The position numbers and the translations under genes were made by a program. Of a DNA stretch of 64,000 nucleotides, positions 1 to 14,200 are shown piece by piece. Under the pieces are notes generated by a model. It was not told the origin of the DNA and ran no database searches. It saw only the letters and a list, made by a program, of their open reading frames with translations. The stretch is from Daphnia carinata (taxonomy: Eukaryota), in contig NC_081333.1 in assembly GCF_022539665.2 (NCBI RefSeq), positions 6,944,001-7,008,000 on the forward strand. The letters are read 5' to 3'. How positions within the stretch are numbered: position 1 is the first letter of the stretch; each line of letters begins with the position of its first letter.

Positions 1-111
1 AACGGGGAAAATCGCAGGCGTAGTATTTATGAACGCATTTATACTCTCCTAAATATAATGCGATAGGGCCCCAATACAAGTCCCATTCGAGTTACAAAAT
101 TGCCCAACATG

Positions 112-145
<34 letters not shown>

Positions 146-376
146 AAAAAAAAAAAAAGAGATAGTCAAATAGGATAATGGCTCTTTAATGCGTGCGGTC
201 TACCCGTACGAAACGTTAAGCTAGCTCAAACCTTGGGTTAGCTAGCGCAGCTACTGCTCCAGGCCCCTCCAAGCTAACGATTTCAAGCTTAAATTTTTTA
301 CGATTTAAGCTTGGAAATTCAAGCTAACCTAAACCCGCGCGCCGCTAGCCTAGATTAGGCAATGCGAAAAAAAGAA

Positions 377-440
377 GACTGTGGCTGGGATCGAACTCGG
401 GTCTCCCGCACCACAGTCGGATGATCTTTCCACTGGACCA
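377..440 (-). pseudogene. tRNA-derived fragment (His-like; A box and B box, no acceptor stem) inside the MITE
   Basis: Minus strand reads TGGTCCAGTGG (A box)-AAAGATCATCCGACTGTGGTGCGGGAGACCC-GAGTTCGATCCC (B box)-AGCCACAGTC. GTG lies near the anticodon position. Confidence 0.6.
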
Positions 441-504
441 TTCTATACATATTATAACTATTATTTCAGAACAATACAAGAGAGAATCTAGAAATATACT
501 TAGG

Positions 505-730
505 TTTTTTTCGACAGGTCAACAACAGAATTTAAAAAATCTAAACATAAAGTCGAAATTAAGTTAAGCTTTCGTTCCCTCAAAGTATTTAAACCAATTA
601 TGCTAAATTTTTTTTTATTTCGACAGGTCAACAACCGAATTTAAAAAACCTAAAGATGAAGTCGAAATTAAGTTAATCTTTCGTTCCCTCAAAAGTATTT
701 AAACCAATAATGCTAAATTTTTTTTATTTT
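505..730 (+). repeat. Tandem direct repeat, 2 x about 109 bp, inside the MITE
   Basis: TCGACAGGTCAACAAC...GTCGAAATTAAGTTAA.CTTTCGTTCCCTCAAA..TATTTAAACCAAT.ATGCTAAATTTT starts at 511 and again at 620. Confidence 0.9.
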
Positions 731-3700
731 CAAACTTAAGTATGATTTGTTAATTTTTTTGAAGGAAATGAATTATTTAAGATTAAAGTCCTATCATAAC
801 TAATGCTTGTTTAAAGCATTTCTTATGCTAAATAATAATATATATTTTTCTAACTCCCATTTTTCTAGCTTAAACTTATTTCAGTAGCTTAATTTCTGTA
901 AGCTAAAGTGCAAGGTTGCGAAGTTACAGCTTGCGCAAGTTTAATTTTAAGGCGCTGAAGCCACCCCCCAAAACTCAAGCTAACCTAAACGTATCCCTAG
1001 CTTGAAATCTGCAAGCCATCGACGAGGAAGCTTGATAAAGCTAGAATTTGGGCATCGCCAAAACGCAAGCTAACCGTTTCGTACGGGTAGTGCCCTCACT
1101 CACGTAGATAGACCCCCGTGTTCGTTTGGAATAGGATACATAATAGGAGCTTCACTATTATGCCTATTATAATGCTAATGAAGGAAAACAGACAGCCGAT
1201 CGTGTAGTTAATGTATGTTTTGCTAACGATTGTATAGCGATAGATGTATCTACAATATACGATCTATGTATGGGCAAGAGTTAATAAGCAGTATAAAGGG
1301 AGAGACACCAACAACCGTATATAGGACAGACGCGTGCGTTCGTGCGGCTTTTCTTCGTCATCGGTCGCACAAGCGAAGGCTTCAAACAAGCTATTTCTCT
1401 TTTTTTTTATTCGATTTTGCTCATGAGAGGCTTTAGTTTAGATTAAAAAAACAACCATTCTTCGTCCACAGAAGCAACATACATATTCAAAATGGGGATA
1501 TAACAGTAGTGGCACAACCAGGAAGATGGAATGTCTCTGATAAAAGTTCCGTTTCTGTTGGGGACACGTAAATAGTCACGTAGCAAAACCAATGTCTTCA
1601 GTAACAAGACGACAGCATAGAAGCTAATCATATCAAAATTCGTTCCTTTTTTCTCCGCCATAGAAAAAAAAACGGGGGTTTCCAAGTCGCGTGATTACGT
1701 CTCTCAAAGAAAGGTGGCAAGGATGGATGAATTTGGCTCAATTGTTATTTACCTCGTTCTTGTCCAATTTAAGTATATTGCGCACAATGAACCCGCGTGT
1801 AAAAAGGGGTCGTAATCTGATAATGATGGACACTAAAAAAAACAAACAGGACTGTCCTCATATGTTGCTATGTAACACGCTTTCTGCGACCTCAATCAAA
1901 AATTTCCAATTGGGAGATTCAACGTCAAATTCATATAAGGCTTTTGAATACGAGTGCTGGTTTACATATAGTACAACGCTTACGTCGAAAGTCTAAAATT
2001 CAGGACGCTCGTGAAAAAGCTATCCACTCTATAAGGGCAATTACGTTTAAAATGGCCGGGCATTTATGTCCATCGAACCGAGTTTTCTCTTCATTTCGGA
2101 TCAGGAGTGGAAAGCTAGTATAGTGGGTTAGATTTATCAAAATTTCAGGCAGTCCATCGTGAAAGTCGATGACGAAAAGCGATACAACTATAGCTGAATA
2201 ATATGATCGTAACCTGCTGCTACGACAGCTGTCGAAAGATTAATGCATTATTAGGCGCCCCATTAATCGGCACGAAATGCTCGAGTCTTTATGCATTACG
2301 ACCAAAAAGAAAAAAGAAACAACAACCGATATGAAAACAAATGTAGCGATTGAAGTTTGCTCAGTAGCTCATTATTTTAGCTGCAGGAAGACGCTCTCGT
2401 TGCTGTCTCGCCTCATTGACGAGTCTCGGAAGAGTCTAACGGAACCTCAATCGTGACCTTAGTAAAGCAGGGCAAGCTTCGCTTGCTCTTAATTCCACTA
2501 GTTTCATCACACAAAGGAAGAAAAAAATACTGACATACCAAAAGAAGAGATAGAGACAGATATAAAACGGTTGACGGGATATTCTTTACAAGAGTGCTGC
2601 TGCCTTGTGATGGTGATTGCACTTTTCGCGATGATTGTCCAAACTTTTGCAACAGATTTTGTTTAGCGTTTCTTGTACTGCAAATATGGACACGCGTCTC
2701 GATTTGAAAAAAAGGACACGAAAAGAAATTTCTCTGCAATTAGCGACGATCGCATTCACGCAAAAGAGGACACGTGTCAGCAGCAGGTTTTCTTTTATTA
2801 TTGTCTATGTCATGTAAGAGAAAGCGGCCAGCGTGTGCCTATACAGAGACGTATCCACCTGTCATTAGTAGGAGACAGTAACACAGCAGATAAGTTACTT
2901 TTTCTTTTATCGTTTATTCCAACCGGGAAGTCGAAGCCACCTGAAAAGAAAAAAAAAATGAGATGTCGACACCTAATTCTTTCTTTTCGGATTTCAAACG
3001 AAACCCCCCCTTTTTTTTTAGATCCTGATTTTGAGCTTTTGTTATTCATCCCGCGAAAAGGGAAAGATTGAACGACGCAACGTGACGCCAGCAGTTTCAA
3101 TGTTGTGGATCGGGGACGGAGAAAAGGCGGCACAGTTCCCTGAAACCTTGCCATTCGTTTTGTTGCGTTGGTCATTATGAAAACAAGTGCCGAAGCGGTT
3201 CGAAAGCAATATAACATATCAACACGCACGAGTCGTGTGTTGTGTCGATATATATGCGCCATTGTCCCCATTCTTCAGGTTGCTATTGTGTACGTTGTTG
3301 CACCGGAATAACGGAATCAAATCGACTATTTTCTTTGATACTCTTTTTCTTCTTCTTATAATATTCGTAATGCTGTTTTTGGACGATGTTTTTTTTCTTA
3401 TCTTTCGGCAGGGCCATTTCGAGGTTGTTGATATTTCTTTTGGAGATGATGGGGGGGGGGGGGGACTGGTGCACAACAAGCGCGGAATTTCCAGCACCAT
3501 CCGGGACGGATGGCGTGTAACGTACGGTAAACGAATTGAATGGGCCCACACATACACGACACAAAGTGAACGACTCCTTCCTGTATCCGATTCAATACAA
3601 GTTTATGTTTGGTACTTTAGCTGTTAGATGAAACGCGTCATAATGGTATTGTCATAGAACTTAATAGAACGATGGAAGTATATTAATAATGACACTGGCG

Positions 3701-4206
3701 TTGAATGCACGCTGGAATTGGTTGCCGCCGCCGAGACAACGACGTTAGACTTCTACCCCCTCAAGGGAAGTGTAAAAAACTAAAATAAAATACAAAACAA
3801 AGCAAAAAAAAAAAAAAAAAAAAAAAAAGTCGAAACAGGAAAGAGGACAAGGAGGAGGCGGCTATTCAATTTGTCGGGCGCGCGGGACTGGATGCAGCAA
3901 GGAGGGCCAGAGGTGGTGGTTACAAAAGTTGCCAAAGGAAGAGACACAAAAAGGAGAGGGAGAGAGAGAGAAAGAAAAGAAAAACTGTGCAGCAGTCGAG
4001 ACGGACGGTTCACTCACGTGGCGGTCGTTGAACGTGTAGCATCTGATTGTCGTCTCCATCTGGTCCGCCATTTTCTATCTTGAACGAAAGCCATTTGTCT
4101 GTTATCGTCCACCCGGTTCAAAAATCGAGTTCGTCTTTTCGACTTCCACGCAAACAAGTCGACATCAGCTGTTCGTATCGATCGACAAAAAAACAAAACA
4201 AGAAAA

Positions 4207-7200
4207 ATGTGCCGCTCTTCGTATTTCGCAGAGTCGTTTGTCCTCTTCCTCGTATTAGCCGGTAAGTTTTGTTTTGTTCTTTCTTGTTTTCCTACAAAGC
4301 AAATTGCTCCGTTTCGTCTTTTTTTTTTTTTTTTTTTTTTTTTTATTCTTCTAATGCCTTAAAAAAGATAAAAGAATGTGCCTTATGCCCTCGTCTCACT
4401 TGATCAAACAATGGGGCCCATTTGGATTCCATTTCTATAGCTGATATTGTTCAACAAAGAGCAGGCAACCGGAATTGGTGTAATGGGATCTTTTTTTTTC
4501 CGTCGTGATGTCTTAAAGAAAAAATGTTTCCAGTTAAAATGTTCAGTTATACACCGCCTTTTCAGTTTTTAAAGCTGATATCATTTGAAAAAGAGTCTTT
4601 TTTTCAGACTTTATCCAGATCAAGAGCTTTTCTCGCTTCCATTTGGAAAAGTTCTTCTGAAAGTTGATTGTGGTATTGAGATTTCAAAACTTCCGGCTTT
4701 CAGGGTATCCTCTTGTCCGGTTGTATTCATCGTTCTGTGAATAAGTAAGTCTTCCGTCATCGTCCCAGTGATTTTCGACCACAACAATCAGCAATTGGTA
4801 AAGGCGTGATCGACGTTCACTATTGTACTTCTTGATACCTTTTCTTCGCCAATCCGTCATGTATTTTCTTGTGCCCTTTCCTTCCTTGTTGATTTCTGAA
4901 TTAGAATGATGCATGGGCGTTTTTTTTGTGTCGTCACACAGGACAGTTTTTTTTTTTTTTTACAGGAGGTACAATGAACTTGTATAAGTGGTAGCCATGG
5001 ATGGCTGATTCCTGTAGGTCAAGTCAAAATTTTGTTTTGAATTCAATTCGTCCAGTTCCGGTGTTCCATTTTTTTTAAATCGTTCCAATTTAAATTTTTA
5101 AAAAATGCACGCATCAACCCTTTACCTTGTAAAAGGTCTTTGTGTTTTGGTGGACGTTCCTTCTTTTTCTTTTTGGCGGCGACACCACAGACAGTGTTGG
5201 TACATATTCATTGTTCTTTGTATTCGATTTGTAAAGCACCCGCAAGCGCAAAGGCTAGTTTTATTCACGAAGTGATTTACAGCGAGCAAAAAAAAAAATA
5301 CAAAGCATGGCAGTTGAAAGACAACTTTTCAACAAGTCTCTTGGAAAGTGGGAGAGGGTTGAGTGGAAAGAACAAGGAGCAAAAGTTACAAACCCGTTAC
5401 GGTCTCGTGATCCGACCGCAGCAAATGCTTCGACGCTTGTAACAATAACAAATGATCATAAAAAATGGTCCCATCAATTCGATGGTTAAAGTCTTTTCTG
5501 GGGGGATGAAGATTCTTGTCGACCTTGAAACGACCCAAAAGATAAGGCCGCCCAAGCAAACCTGAAAATGAGGATGGGGCCTTATCTTTTCTTCCCCCAC
5601 CCATTCTCACGCTCACGCAAACAAAGCCCCTTGTGTATGTGTATTATAATGACTACAAAACCTTTACTGCCGTGATATTTCTTTCTCTTCTTTTTATGTT
5701 CAACAAAGGATGTTACGTGTTTCATTTTGAATTTCATCTCCACCGATCACTTAGCGCTCTGGTTTCTTTCTCTTTAATTTCATTAAAAACTCTGTAAATA
5801 AAACGGTGACCACGTCGTAAAAAATATGTGATGATAATCTTATAATGAGGAAGGCCCTTTAAAAGCATTAAAAATGGATTTAATGTTTTTCCTATCTTTC
5901 ATTTATATATTTATTTTTTCCTTTTCTTGTTTATGTCTGTCGACTCACAGGAGGTGTCCGAGCGGCCTGGGAGGGCAGTTCGTGCCCGCGCTTCTGCCCG
6001 AAAGAGAACAAGCCAGTGTGTGGCAGTGACGGTGTCATCTATACCAACGAATGTGACCTGTACCGCCGCAACTGCGGTCTTGGTAAGTTCCCAATAAGAC
6101 TTTTTTTTTCAGCATAATTCCTCCATTGCTTTTCCCTTTTTTTTTCGTTCATCGGTCAGCAAAGGCATTTCTTTTGTTATTTTATAGCAATGCCATCCGT
6201 TTTTTTTTCCTGTTCCACATTCCCGAATGTCAAATATGCGTCTCATATGCGACAATATTAATGCACATTGTCATTCCGTACGGGGTTCGGTTTTTTTCTT
6301 GAAACAGTTGAATGCCAATGACTGTTCTAGCGGAAAACGTTCTTCGGGGAGAAATGAATTTCGTTGTCTGAAGAGACAGCCGCAAGGAAAGGGGCGAGCG
6401 CTATTTAAAAATGAATTGGGAAACGTAGACGGGAAAAAAAAACAGCATCAGTAAACGAGATGGGAGGGATGGAGAGAGAATAAAACGAAGATGAATTTTA
6501 CATTCCTAGTTTGTTTTAATGAGATATATTCTTTTTGGTTACCAACCCTTTATTCTCTTGCTTCGCGTGCTCGCGGCTACACCATCCGAATGATGATGAC
6601 CGAGGCGGAACTAAACAGGTGGTGCTCACCAGAATAGCGTGAACAGCGTTCGTTCATCCTGCTTTCTCTCTCTCTCTCTTGCATCGTCTTGTTTATCTTG
6701 TTACATTTCGTTTTAGTTTTATATGTTTTTCGTTTTGTGTTGAAATTTTAACAACGTAGTATCCAGGCAGTAAAGGTGTGACACGACTCACTGCATGCCA
6801 TCATCGTTACTCTCGATATAATTCATTGGCTTTGGCTCATTGAATATGGAAATGTCAATGAAAGGGCTACTGCCACACGAAAGCAAGGACGTGAAACAAG
6901 GGTCCTTTGATAGTCAACAAGTCAACAAACTCTAGAAATCATGAAGTGCTTCGTATGAGATACGTTTGGTTTGGAAAAATGATGGCCAAGTAACTGGGTC
7001 CGTGACACTTGTCAGCAAGAGAAAACGATGGTAGAAAGACGGATAAATAGACACCATTGGAAAGACGATTCTTACGGTGTATTAAACGTGTCGACATGCA
7101 AACGAGGAGATGGCTCCAATTAAAATACCGCCAACAGCTGTTTGACGCATTTGGTTTGCGCGAGCGCCGCGGTTTTCTTCACGGCCAAACAAACAAAAAC

Positions 7201-10200
7201 GAGTGGGTGCGCGAACCAGTTGCGAAGATCATTATTTGCTGGCGGAGATGACAGAATAAATGGACTGAGATACACGCAGACGGGGAGGGGGACTAACCAC
7301 ACGAAAATTGAATGGTAAAAATTCGTAGGGAAGCTAACGCGATGACCTGAACATGTATTTTCGGAGCCATTATCGGCAAAAAACTAGCGGCAATGTTTGT
7401 CCCAAAACTGTTGAACAAAAAGAAAAAGAAAACAAAATAGAACCATGTGAGTGATGTCCTCAATAGGTGATGGCAGCGTTTTTTACAGCCAACTTTGTGC
7501 TTCGTGCACCTTAGGGCTAAACTTCTCTAACATTACTTGAATGACTATCCATCAGAAACCTTTTAGTAATTGGCCACGGATTAGCCGAAAAAAAAATCAT
7601 GTCTCGAACTCGTTCGCGTGCAACTCTAACATAATTATCTTCGTCTTCTGTCATCCCTTTTTTTTTTATGTGGATGACGCACGCGTTCTAATTGTTGACG
7701 GAGCCTGCAAACATTCCACGAATATCAGTTTTTCTTTTTTTTACGTCCTGGTCATAAACCAATTGTAATCTTTGATATATTTGTCCCATATATATTTTCG
7801 ACCTTAAAAAAAATGACTGTTGAAAACAGTGACAAGCAAATGTTGATGTATGCGTGAATGTTTAACTGTTTGTTTGATTGCAGAAGTGGAGACGGTGGAG
7901 GACAAGATGTGCACCCGGTCACGCGGTTCATTCTGCGGCAACAAATGTAACCTGGACCGTGATTTGGTGTGTGGTTCTGATGGACGTACCTATCTCAACA
8001 GCTGCGTACTTAAAGTGGAGACTTGCAAGTGAGTGTTATTTGGTTTTCGGTAGAACGTAAAACATCAAGTAGACGAAGCTGACCTCGTCATAATCGAGTT
8101 GGAATGACTTGGCGATTGTTCCTCCTACCTGCGTGCTAATGGCAGCGTAGTGCAAGCAAACCTTTCAGCCGCCCGTTATCGTGTGTCGGTTTGAAACAAA
8201 AGCAACTATGTTTTTGTCGGTAGAGAGCCACCCGTCGCCACGAAAGACATGCACGTATCTCCATTAACCCGGCTGCTCGCATTGCGTTAAAGCATTTCAT
8301 AAAAGAAAATTGCTAGACATTTTTCTTTCTTTTTTTTTCTTGTTATCGCCACTGGCTGGGGAATGCTTTGAGACCAATCAAGAAAGAGTAAGAAAAAATG
8401 ACGGGTTAAAAACGAAAGAATGAAAAAATGAACAGCGTGCAACCGGCTGCACAACGAGTATACGCATACCAACAGCTAGTTTGCCACTAAAGTCGAACCT
8501 TTTCGGGTGCAAAATAAAAGGAAAACATTAAATTACATGTAATGTCTCAAAAGTGGTACATGACCAATGCGCAAAAATCTCATTAAAACATGCTTGATCT
8601 CTGCTAGCGGTATTTCTTGTCTCATTAAGAAATTGAATGCGTATATTTATCATCGACGTCCCGCTGCGAGCGGCCAAAAACGCATCCTTTTTGGCTGCAT
8701 TTACGTCATACGTATTGTTATCTCGTTAAAGTTATTGTAACTGTAAAAATCTGTTGCTTAAGAGACGCGTAATTAAGAAATCTCCAATTTCGTGGGACGA
8801 CCTAGATATTATAAAAGTACCCATTTTGTGAACTAAACTATTGTGATATTTTTCAGGCGGGGCATTCGCTTGTCTCACGTCGGCCCGTGTATGAATGCGA
8901 CAGCATTAGAAGAGCCTTGTCCCGAACACTGCAGTCTGACCGATCGGGACGGACCCGTTTGCGCTTCCAATGGCAACGTTTACAAGTCAATCTGCGAGAT
9001 GAAACGCCACACATGCGGGTATGGAGAAAAAAACAAACAAATTAACTGTGATGCTAATTTCGTAGGTAAACGAAATGTTCGTCTTTTAGACAAGGTGTCG
9101 TCAAGACGTCGGAGAAATACTGCCAGACGACCAGCCATTGTAAGGAGATCTGCTGGAAGGCCTCCAAAGCTGTCTGCGGCTCAGACGGCCACATTTATGC
9201 CAGCAGCTGTCAGATGAAAGTCAGAAACTGCGGGTGAGTCGAGTTAATGAGCAAAATGTCCATGAATTATCAAAAGCCATTTGTCATGATCGTTTCTTGT
9301 TTACGCGATCATCCAAAAAATTAATGGCTGACTGTGTTTGTGTTGTCTTTTGTCTTCCACAGACGTCACGTTTTCGAAATCCCAATCAGCAACTGCATCC
9401 CTCAAGAGCGCGCCATCACCAACTGCCCCGCCGAATGTGACAGCGCCGAGCCGGAACAGATTTGCGGTTCCGACGGCAACATTTACGCCAGCCCGTGTGA
9501 GCTCCGCATGCTGAACTGTGGGTACGTTATAATCGTTCTTCAATTCACACTCCTCTCAATTGTTGGCACATTTCATTTTGTTTTCCAGCTTATTATAGTT
9601 ATATTTCTAATGAATGTTCATGGTGTTGCTGAATTAATTTAGCGACTACCCATGATTTGAAAAACATGTCGATCTGATGATAGTTTGATGCGCTTATTTA
9701 GGCCAAACAGCGATAAGGTGATTGCCGTGGATTGGCTCCGTTGCGCTGCTAAGGCGGCTCGTTGTTCTCTGCTGACTTGCAAAGACGATCCCGAGAATCC
9801 CGACTACGTTTGCGGTAATGACGGACGCACCTACGCCTCCCCCTGCCACCTTCGTATGGCTTCGTGCACGTGAGTTCAAACAACAAATTTCAATTTGATT
9901 ACTGCTGACTCTTGCTGACTCGACGATTATTTGTGAATTTCGCGATTCTTTAAATGCTTTTTTTGTCGAAACAAACACATGAAAAACAGTCGGGGTACTG
10001 AATTAGCTCATGTCGGCGCGTGCATGAAGATCACTCCTGATAATCAATGCGCGGAATCGTGCCCTGAGCAGCGGGAATCTGACCTTCCAGTTTGCGGATC
10101 GGATGGCAACGTCTACAGAACTGAATGCGAGATGAAGAAACAAACGTGCGGCCAGCACGTCATTCCCGTAGCGCTTCACCATTGCACTGCCACAGAGTCT

Positions 10201-10604
10201 TGCAACAATCAATGCGACCGCAAAGTCCAATCGGTTTGTGGCAGCGACGGCAAAATTTATCGCAACTTGTGCGAGATGCGCAGCAAACACTGCGGGTAAA
10301 GTCAAACACGACATTAAACCAATTTTCCTAATATTTGTCATCTCCTTTTTATTCTTGTCCGCACAGGAAATACGTGTACGAGGTGCCCATGGCCCGCTGC
10401 CTGGCCCTGGCCGGTTTCCGCTTCACTGGCTGCAATCGCATCTGTCCTACCGAGTACGACCCAGTTTGCGGAACGGATCGCAAAACCTATTCCAACGAAT
10501 GTTTCCTTCAACTGGAGAACTGTCGCTCTCGATCTTTAGTCGTCAAAAAATATCACGGAAAATGCGGAGAACCCGTCGCAGAACCCAAGGCTTATATCTA
10601 TTAA
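4207..10604 (+). CDS. Secreted multi-domain Kazal-type serine protease inhibitor (nine Kazal domains, agrin/follistatin-like), about 502 aa, 9 exons
   Basis: Exons 4207-4261, 5951-6082, 7884-8028, 8857-9018, 9090-9233, 9363-9521, 9702-9869, 9990-10295, 10367-10604. All introns are GT-AG and phase-compatible; total 1509 nt. Signal peptide [23 protein letters not shown], then nine C-x3/4-C-..[VI]C[GA][SNT][DN]-..Y...C repeats (e.g. [48 protein letters not shown]). Ends KAYIY*. Confidence 0.92.
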
Positions 10605-11238
10605 ATTGAACCTAAAGAGAGACTAAAGAGGAGCTTTCCTTCTGAAGATCGTCATGGCGTTTTTGAGCATCGTCTCTGATTTTCAATTATTATTTTTTTT
10701 TTTTTGCCTTTGTGTGTTTTCGTTATGCAATCAGGACATGCAGCAATCGCGCAGTTGTTGTCGTTGACGCTCTGTTTTACTCCAATCGGATGATAACGGT
10801 TTTTTATTTAAAGGTTTTTTAAAGAGAGAAGATTGATTTGTGAGTGAAGGACGTTTTTTTTAAAATAATATTTGAATTTGCGGTAGTATTTAAATCGTTA
10901 AATATAACTTTTTGCCATATTTTTCAACGCGGTTGTCGATTTTGAATTACACGAAATATGTAGCAGTTTGATACTTGATACTCGCTTCAGCTCGCACGAC
11001 TTATCGGTTTAAGATATTTCGTCCCCAAGAAGGAAAACAAAAAATGTAATGCGCAGTTGTTAAGTATTAATCATCGCATTCTTTCCTCTTCTCGCTAAAC
11101 AATTTGCTGTTGATTGCATTTTGCGGCAGATTCGCGAACTGAACGCCCTCCTTTTCTGTCTTTTTTTTTGTTCTGTTTAATTTTTTAAATGGTGTTTTTT
11201 GTAATCAACAAACAAACAAAAAAAAAATGATGTTCAGC

Positions 11239-11244
11239 AATAAA
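11239..11244 (+). terminator. Candidate polyadenylation signal of the Kazal gene
   Basis: AATAAA about 640 nt after the stop codon, at the end of a U-rich 3' UTR-like tract. Confidence 0.4.
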
Positions 11245-14200
11245 TAGTTGAAGCCCCATCCGCCACCGCCTCATTGACTTTATTACCTCAATATCTTCGG
11301 TACCGTTTCTTTTTTTTATGTCATAGCATTTCTATAGGTTACTAAAGGAATGTCAATAGCCTACTGCTAGTCTGTTGTGTGTTTTAAATTGATCACAACC
11401 ATCACCAAGGATCAATCTTTCATCATTTGAGTCCAATGAGCTGAACGCAATGACAGCAATGCATTCGTAACTATGTGTACGTGAGCAATGCAGGCATTTA
11501 GAACGCTGGAAGGTGAATTTCAATCATAACTCTTAATGTTCTTCTGTAACTTCCAAAAAATGCATACGGGCATGGATATCTATTAATGACACAGCTCCTT
11601 GAACGAAATGTAACAACCAGTTTTTTGGTGTGCAATATTTTCAATGCCAAAACAACGCCCCCTTTATTTGCATTTTTTTGCGAGGTTGATGAACGCATCG
11701 GCCAGCTCGCATGCTTTGGGCTTGCTGATCCAGCAGTTTGTATGAAAAACTGTGTCCATCATTGTCTCCCTGCTGCGTGGAATCGTTCAACTTCGCTGAT
11801 TTGAAAACGACATTCTCAGCAGGCTTCTTCAGCGGAGTTTGCATATCCCTTAACTTTATTGAAGGTCATCGTTTCGTACTGTGGCTTTAACTTTATTAAT
11901 CCATGTGACCGTGCACTGTGTTCGCTTAGCTGCCCCCCAGTTGGATTATTAGATTAAATCGAGTCAATCTGAATGTCGCCAAAAAGACGCATTCTTTGTA
12001 AAATTCTGTCTTTTTTCGTGTTACGTATCTTGCCTTCGTGCTTTTCCAATGAATATTCTACGTTGCGATAAGGCTGGCTTCGTGAGTGTGCGGGACAATT
12101 CCGGTTTCAAGGCTTCCTCTGGCAATTCGTTCCCTCTATCGGGCCTGCTTCAAACTTGTTACGCGTACAAAAAATTCTACATCTTCGCAGCTCCGGAGAG
12201 CGATAAACGAGGCACAGCATGAACTAACAGATGTAGCAAAAACGATTGCGTCAGCAAAAATTTCCATTTGAATTCCATAGTTGTACAAACATTAATTCTA
12301 ATTCCGTCTTCTTCATGAAATGCAAGAAAATGAAATTGGAATTTTATTACTGAACACTTTTACACGACCGAAAGATCCGTTATTCAACAGTTCTAAAGTA
12401 AATTTATGTACTGGCATGGAGAATGGCGCAATCGATTGAGATATGGAATACCGCTAACATCACAAAAATGATAATATTATAGTAAGAAGCTTCTTCTGAA
12501 TATTCCACTCGTCCTCGTCAAAATAAAAGCATCAAGGACAAAAAAGAAAAAGAAATGCCTTCAAAATAAAAAAGGTTCGTGTTCGTCAAGTCCAAGGATC
12601 AAAATGCAATTTAGTTGTGCTATTATAAAATCCACTTTAAATAACGTACCGTTTGAATGGAAGCGGACTAGATGTGGGAACCACGATAGGGAAGCTTTAA
12701 TACGATTCCTTGCATCCAGGCGGGCAATCATGTAAGCAATCAGAGATTCACGCTGCGAACGATTCCATTTCGCCGACGAAGACCGTGAGCAGATGGTGGC
12801 CCAGCTGTTTGGCAGTATTGGGTTCGTCATTTTATTCTATTTTCCTTGGCCGATTTCATTCTAGGACCGAATGGACCATCCATGGCAACATTGTAGCCTA
12901 ATCTCATGTCGTGAATCGGGGACGTTATCCAATTCATAATGCTTTTCCTCCGTTAGACTACTTTCTTTGATGTCCTTCGTTTTATTAGAAGCGTGTGACG
13001 TAATAACATTCGCCTGACGATTTCATTTTCTATGACTTTTATTCTCCCCTGTATCCAGAAGTCCATAGGAACTCGATTTAGTTGCTAAAAAAAAAGGGAA
13101 ACTTTGTTACATGCACATTAGGAAATATCCACGCGTTCAATTGAATCTTGAAGTCTTAGAATGTCGCATAGAATTTGATCGTTGATTGTTAACTTAAAAG
13201 AATAAACCAAATTATATTATATTCGAAAAAGGGAAGACTACGTAAATTTGATCATTACTTTTTGTTTTCTCTTTTCCAAGGTCAAAACAAGAAAACCGCC
13301 CCCATAATTATGTCATTTCTTGGAAACGACATAATGGACACGGCCTGAAGCTATCCATGCAAAAAGGAAGGGATAGGGAAGCGTAAGTAGTTCACCGACC
13401 GTGAAAAAACTTTCAGTTACGTAACTTTATCTCTCCGACCAACAACCAGGATATTGAACATGCAGATGGTGAAAAAAAAAAAACACAGCAACAGCGGATG
13501 CTACCCACGAGGCCAGTGTTCAACGTCTTAGACAGGGTTTTACAGGTTTCCAGTGCGACGTGCGTGAATGTGCGCAGCAGCGACAACCGACCGGGAATCT
13601 GACATATTTCTCGGTATGTTTTTGTTATGTTTCGCTTCGTTTTGGTGATCCCGTCTGATGTAGTAGTATTGCAAATATGATGCAGATGGTTGTTAGGGAA
13701 TGTTTTTGAAGAGCAACGGAGCAATAAAGCTTTTCTCCTACCGTACACGCAACGATGCATGTAATAAAGTGAACTCCTGCCTCGTTAATATCAAAGCAAT
13801 TTTTCACGACAAACAATCCTCGTGTTTTTTAGCAGGTAGATTTACATGTAATACTGATCCTTTTTTTTTTTTCTGATAAAAGTTGTACACAACTCTAGCT
13901 CTTTGTCAAATCTGTTTACCTTCTTTGCTGGTGTATCACATTTTGCATTCAATAACGCGTGCATGCATAAGCTACAAAACACCCGCGTGTGGTGCCAGTA
14001 TTTTTCGATAACAAAAGTCTTTGTTGTTCGACGAACATTGTTGAAATTTCTCTTATCGTGCTTACCGAGAAAATTCAATTTCTAAGATGCATGCTATTCG
14101 TTTCACACGCAATCTGTTTTACGCGCTTGTGTTGGGACTTCCGAGTGTGATTCCGTGTCACGCGCTAGCATTTCGTGCCATCCCTTTATAGGTAGTACAG

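Larger units (their letters stand above)
203..1087. mobile_element. Non-autonomous DNA transposon (MITE-like), 885 bp, TIRs plus TA target-site duplication
   Basis: Left TA|CCCGTACGAAACGTTAAGCTAGC (201-225) and right GCAAGCTAACCGTTTCGTACGGG|TA (1065-1089) are reverse complements (13-bp perfect core plus a partial extension). TA flanks both ends. No coding capacity. Confidence 0.8.

Noticed and set aside
114..158. T31-G-A13 hairpin and the many poly-A/poly-T tracts
   Set aside because: Homopolymer runs are common throughout this AT-rich window, and no TSD or retro-element body is associated.
11480..12900. Coding-looking minus-strand stretch, including LLNNGSFGRV (kinase G-loop-like)
   Set aside because: Every frame is interrupted within about 30-90 codons, no consistent splice path could be built, and no other kinase motifs (VAIK, HRD, DFG) were seen. 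It may be a decayed pseudogene but cannot be supported.
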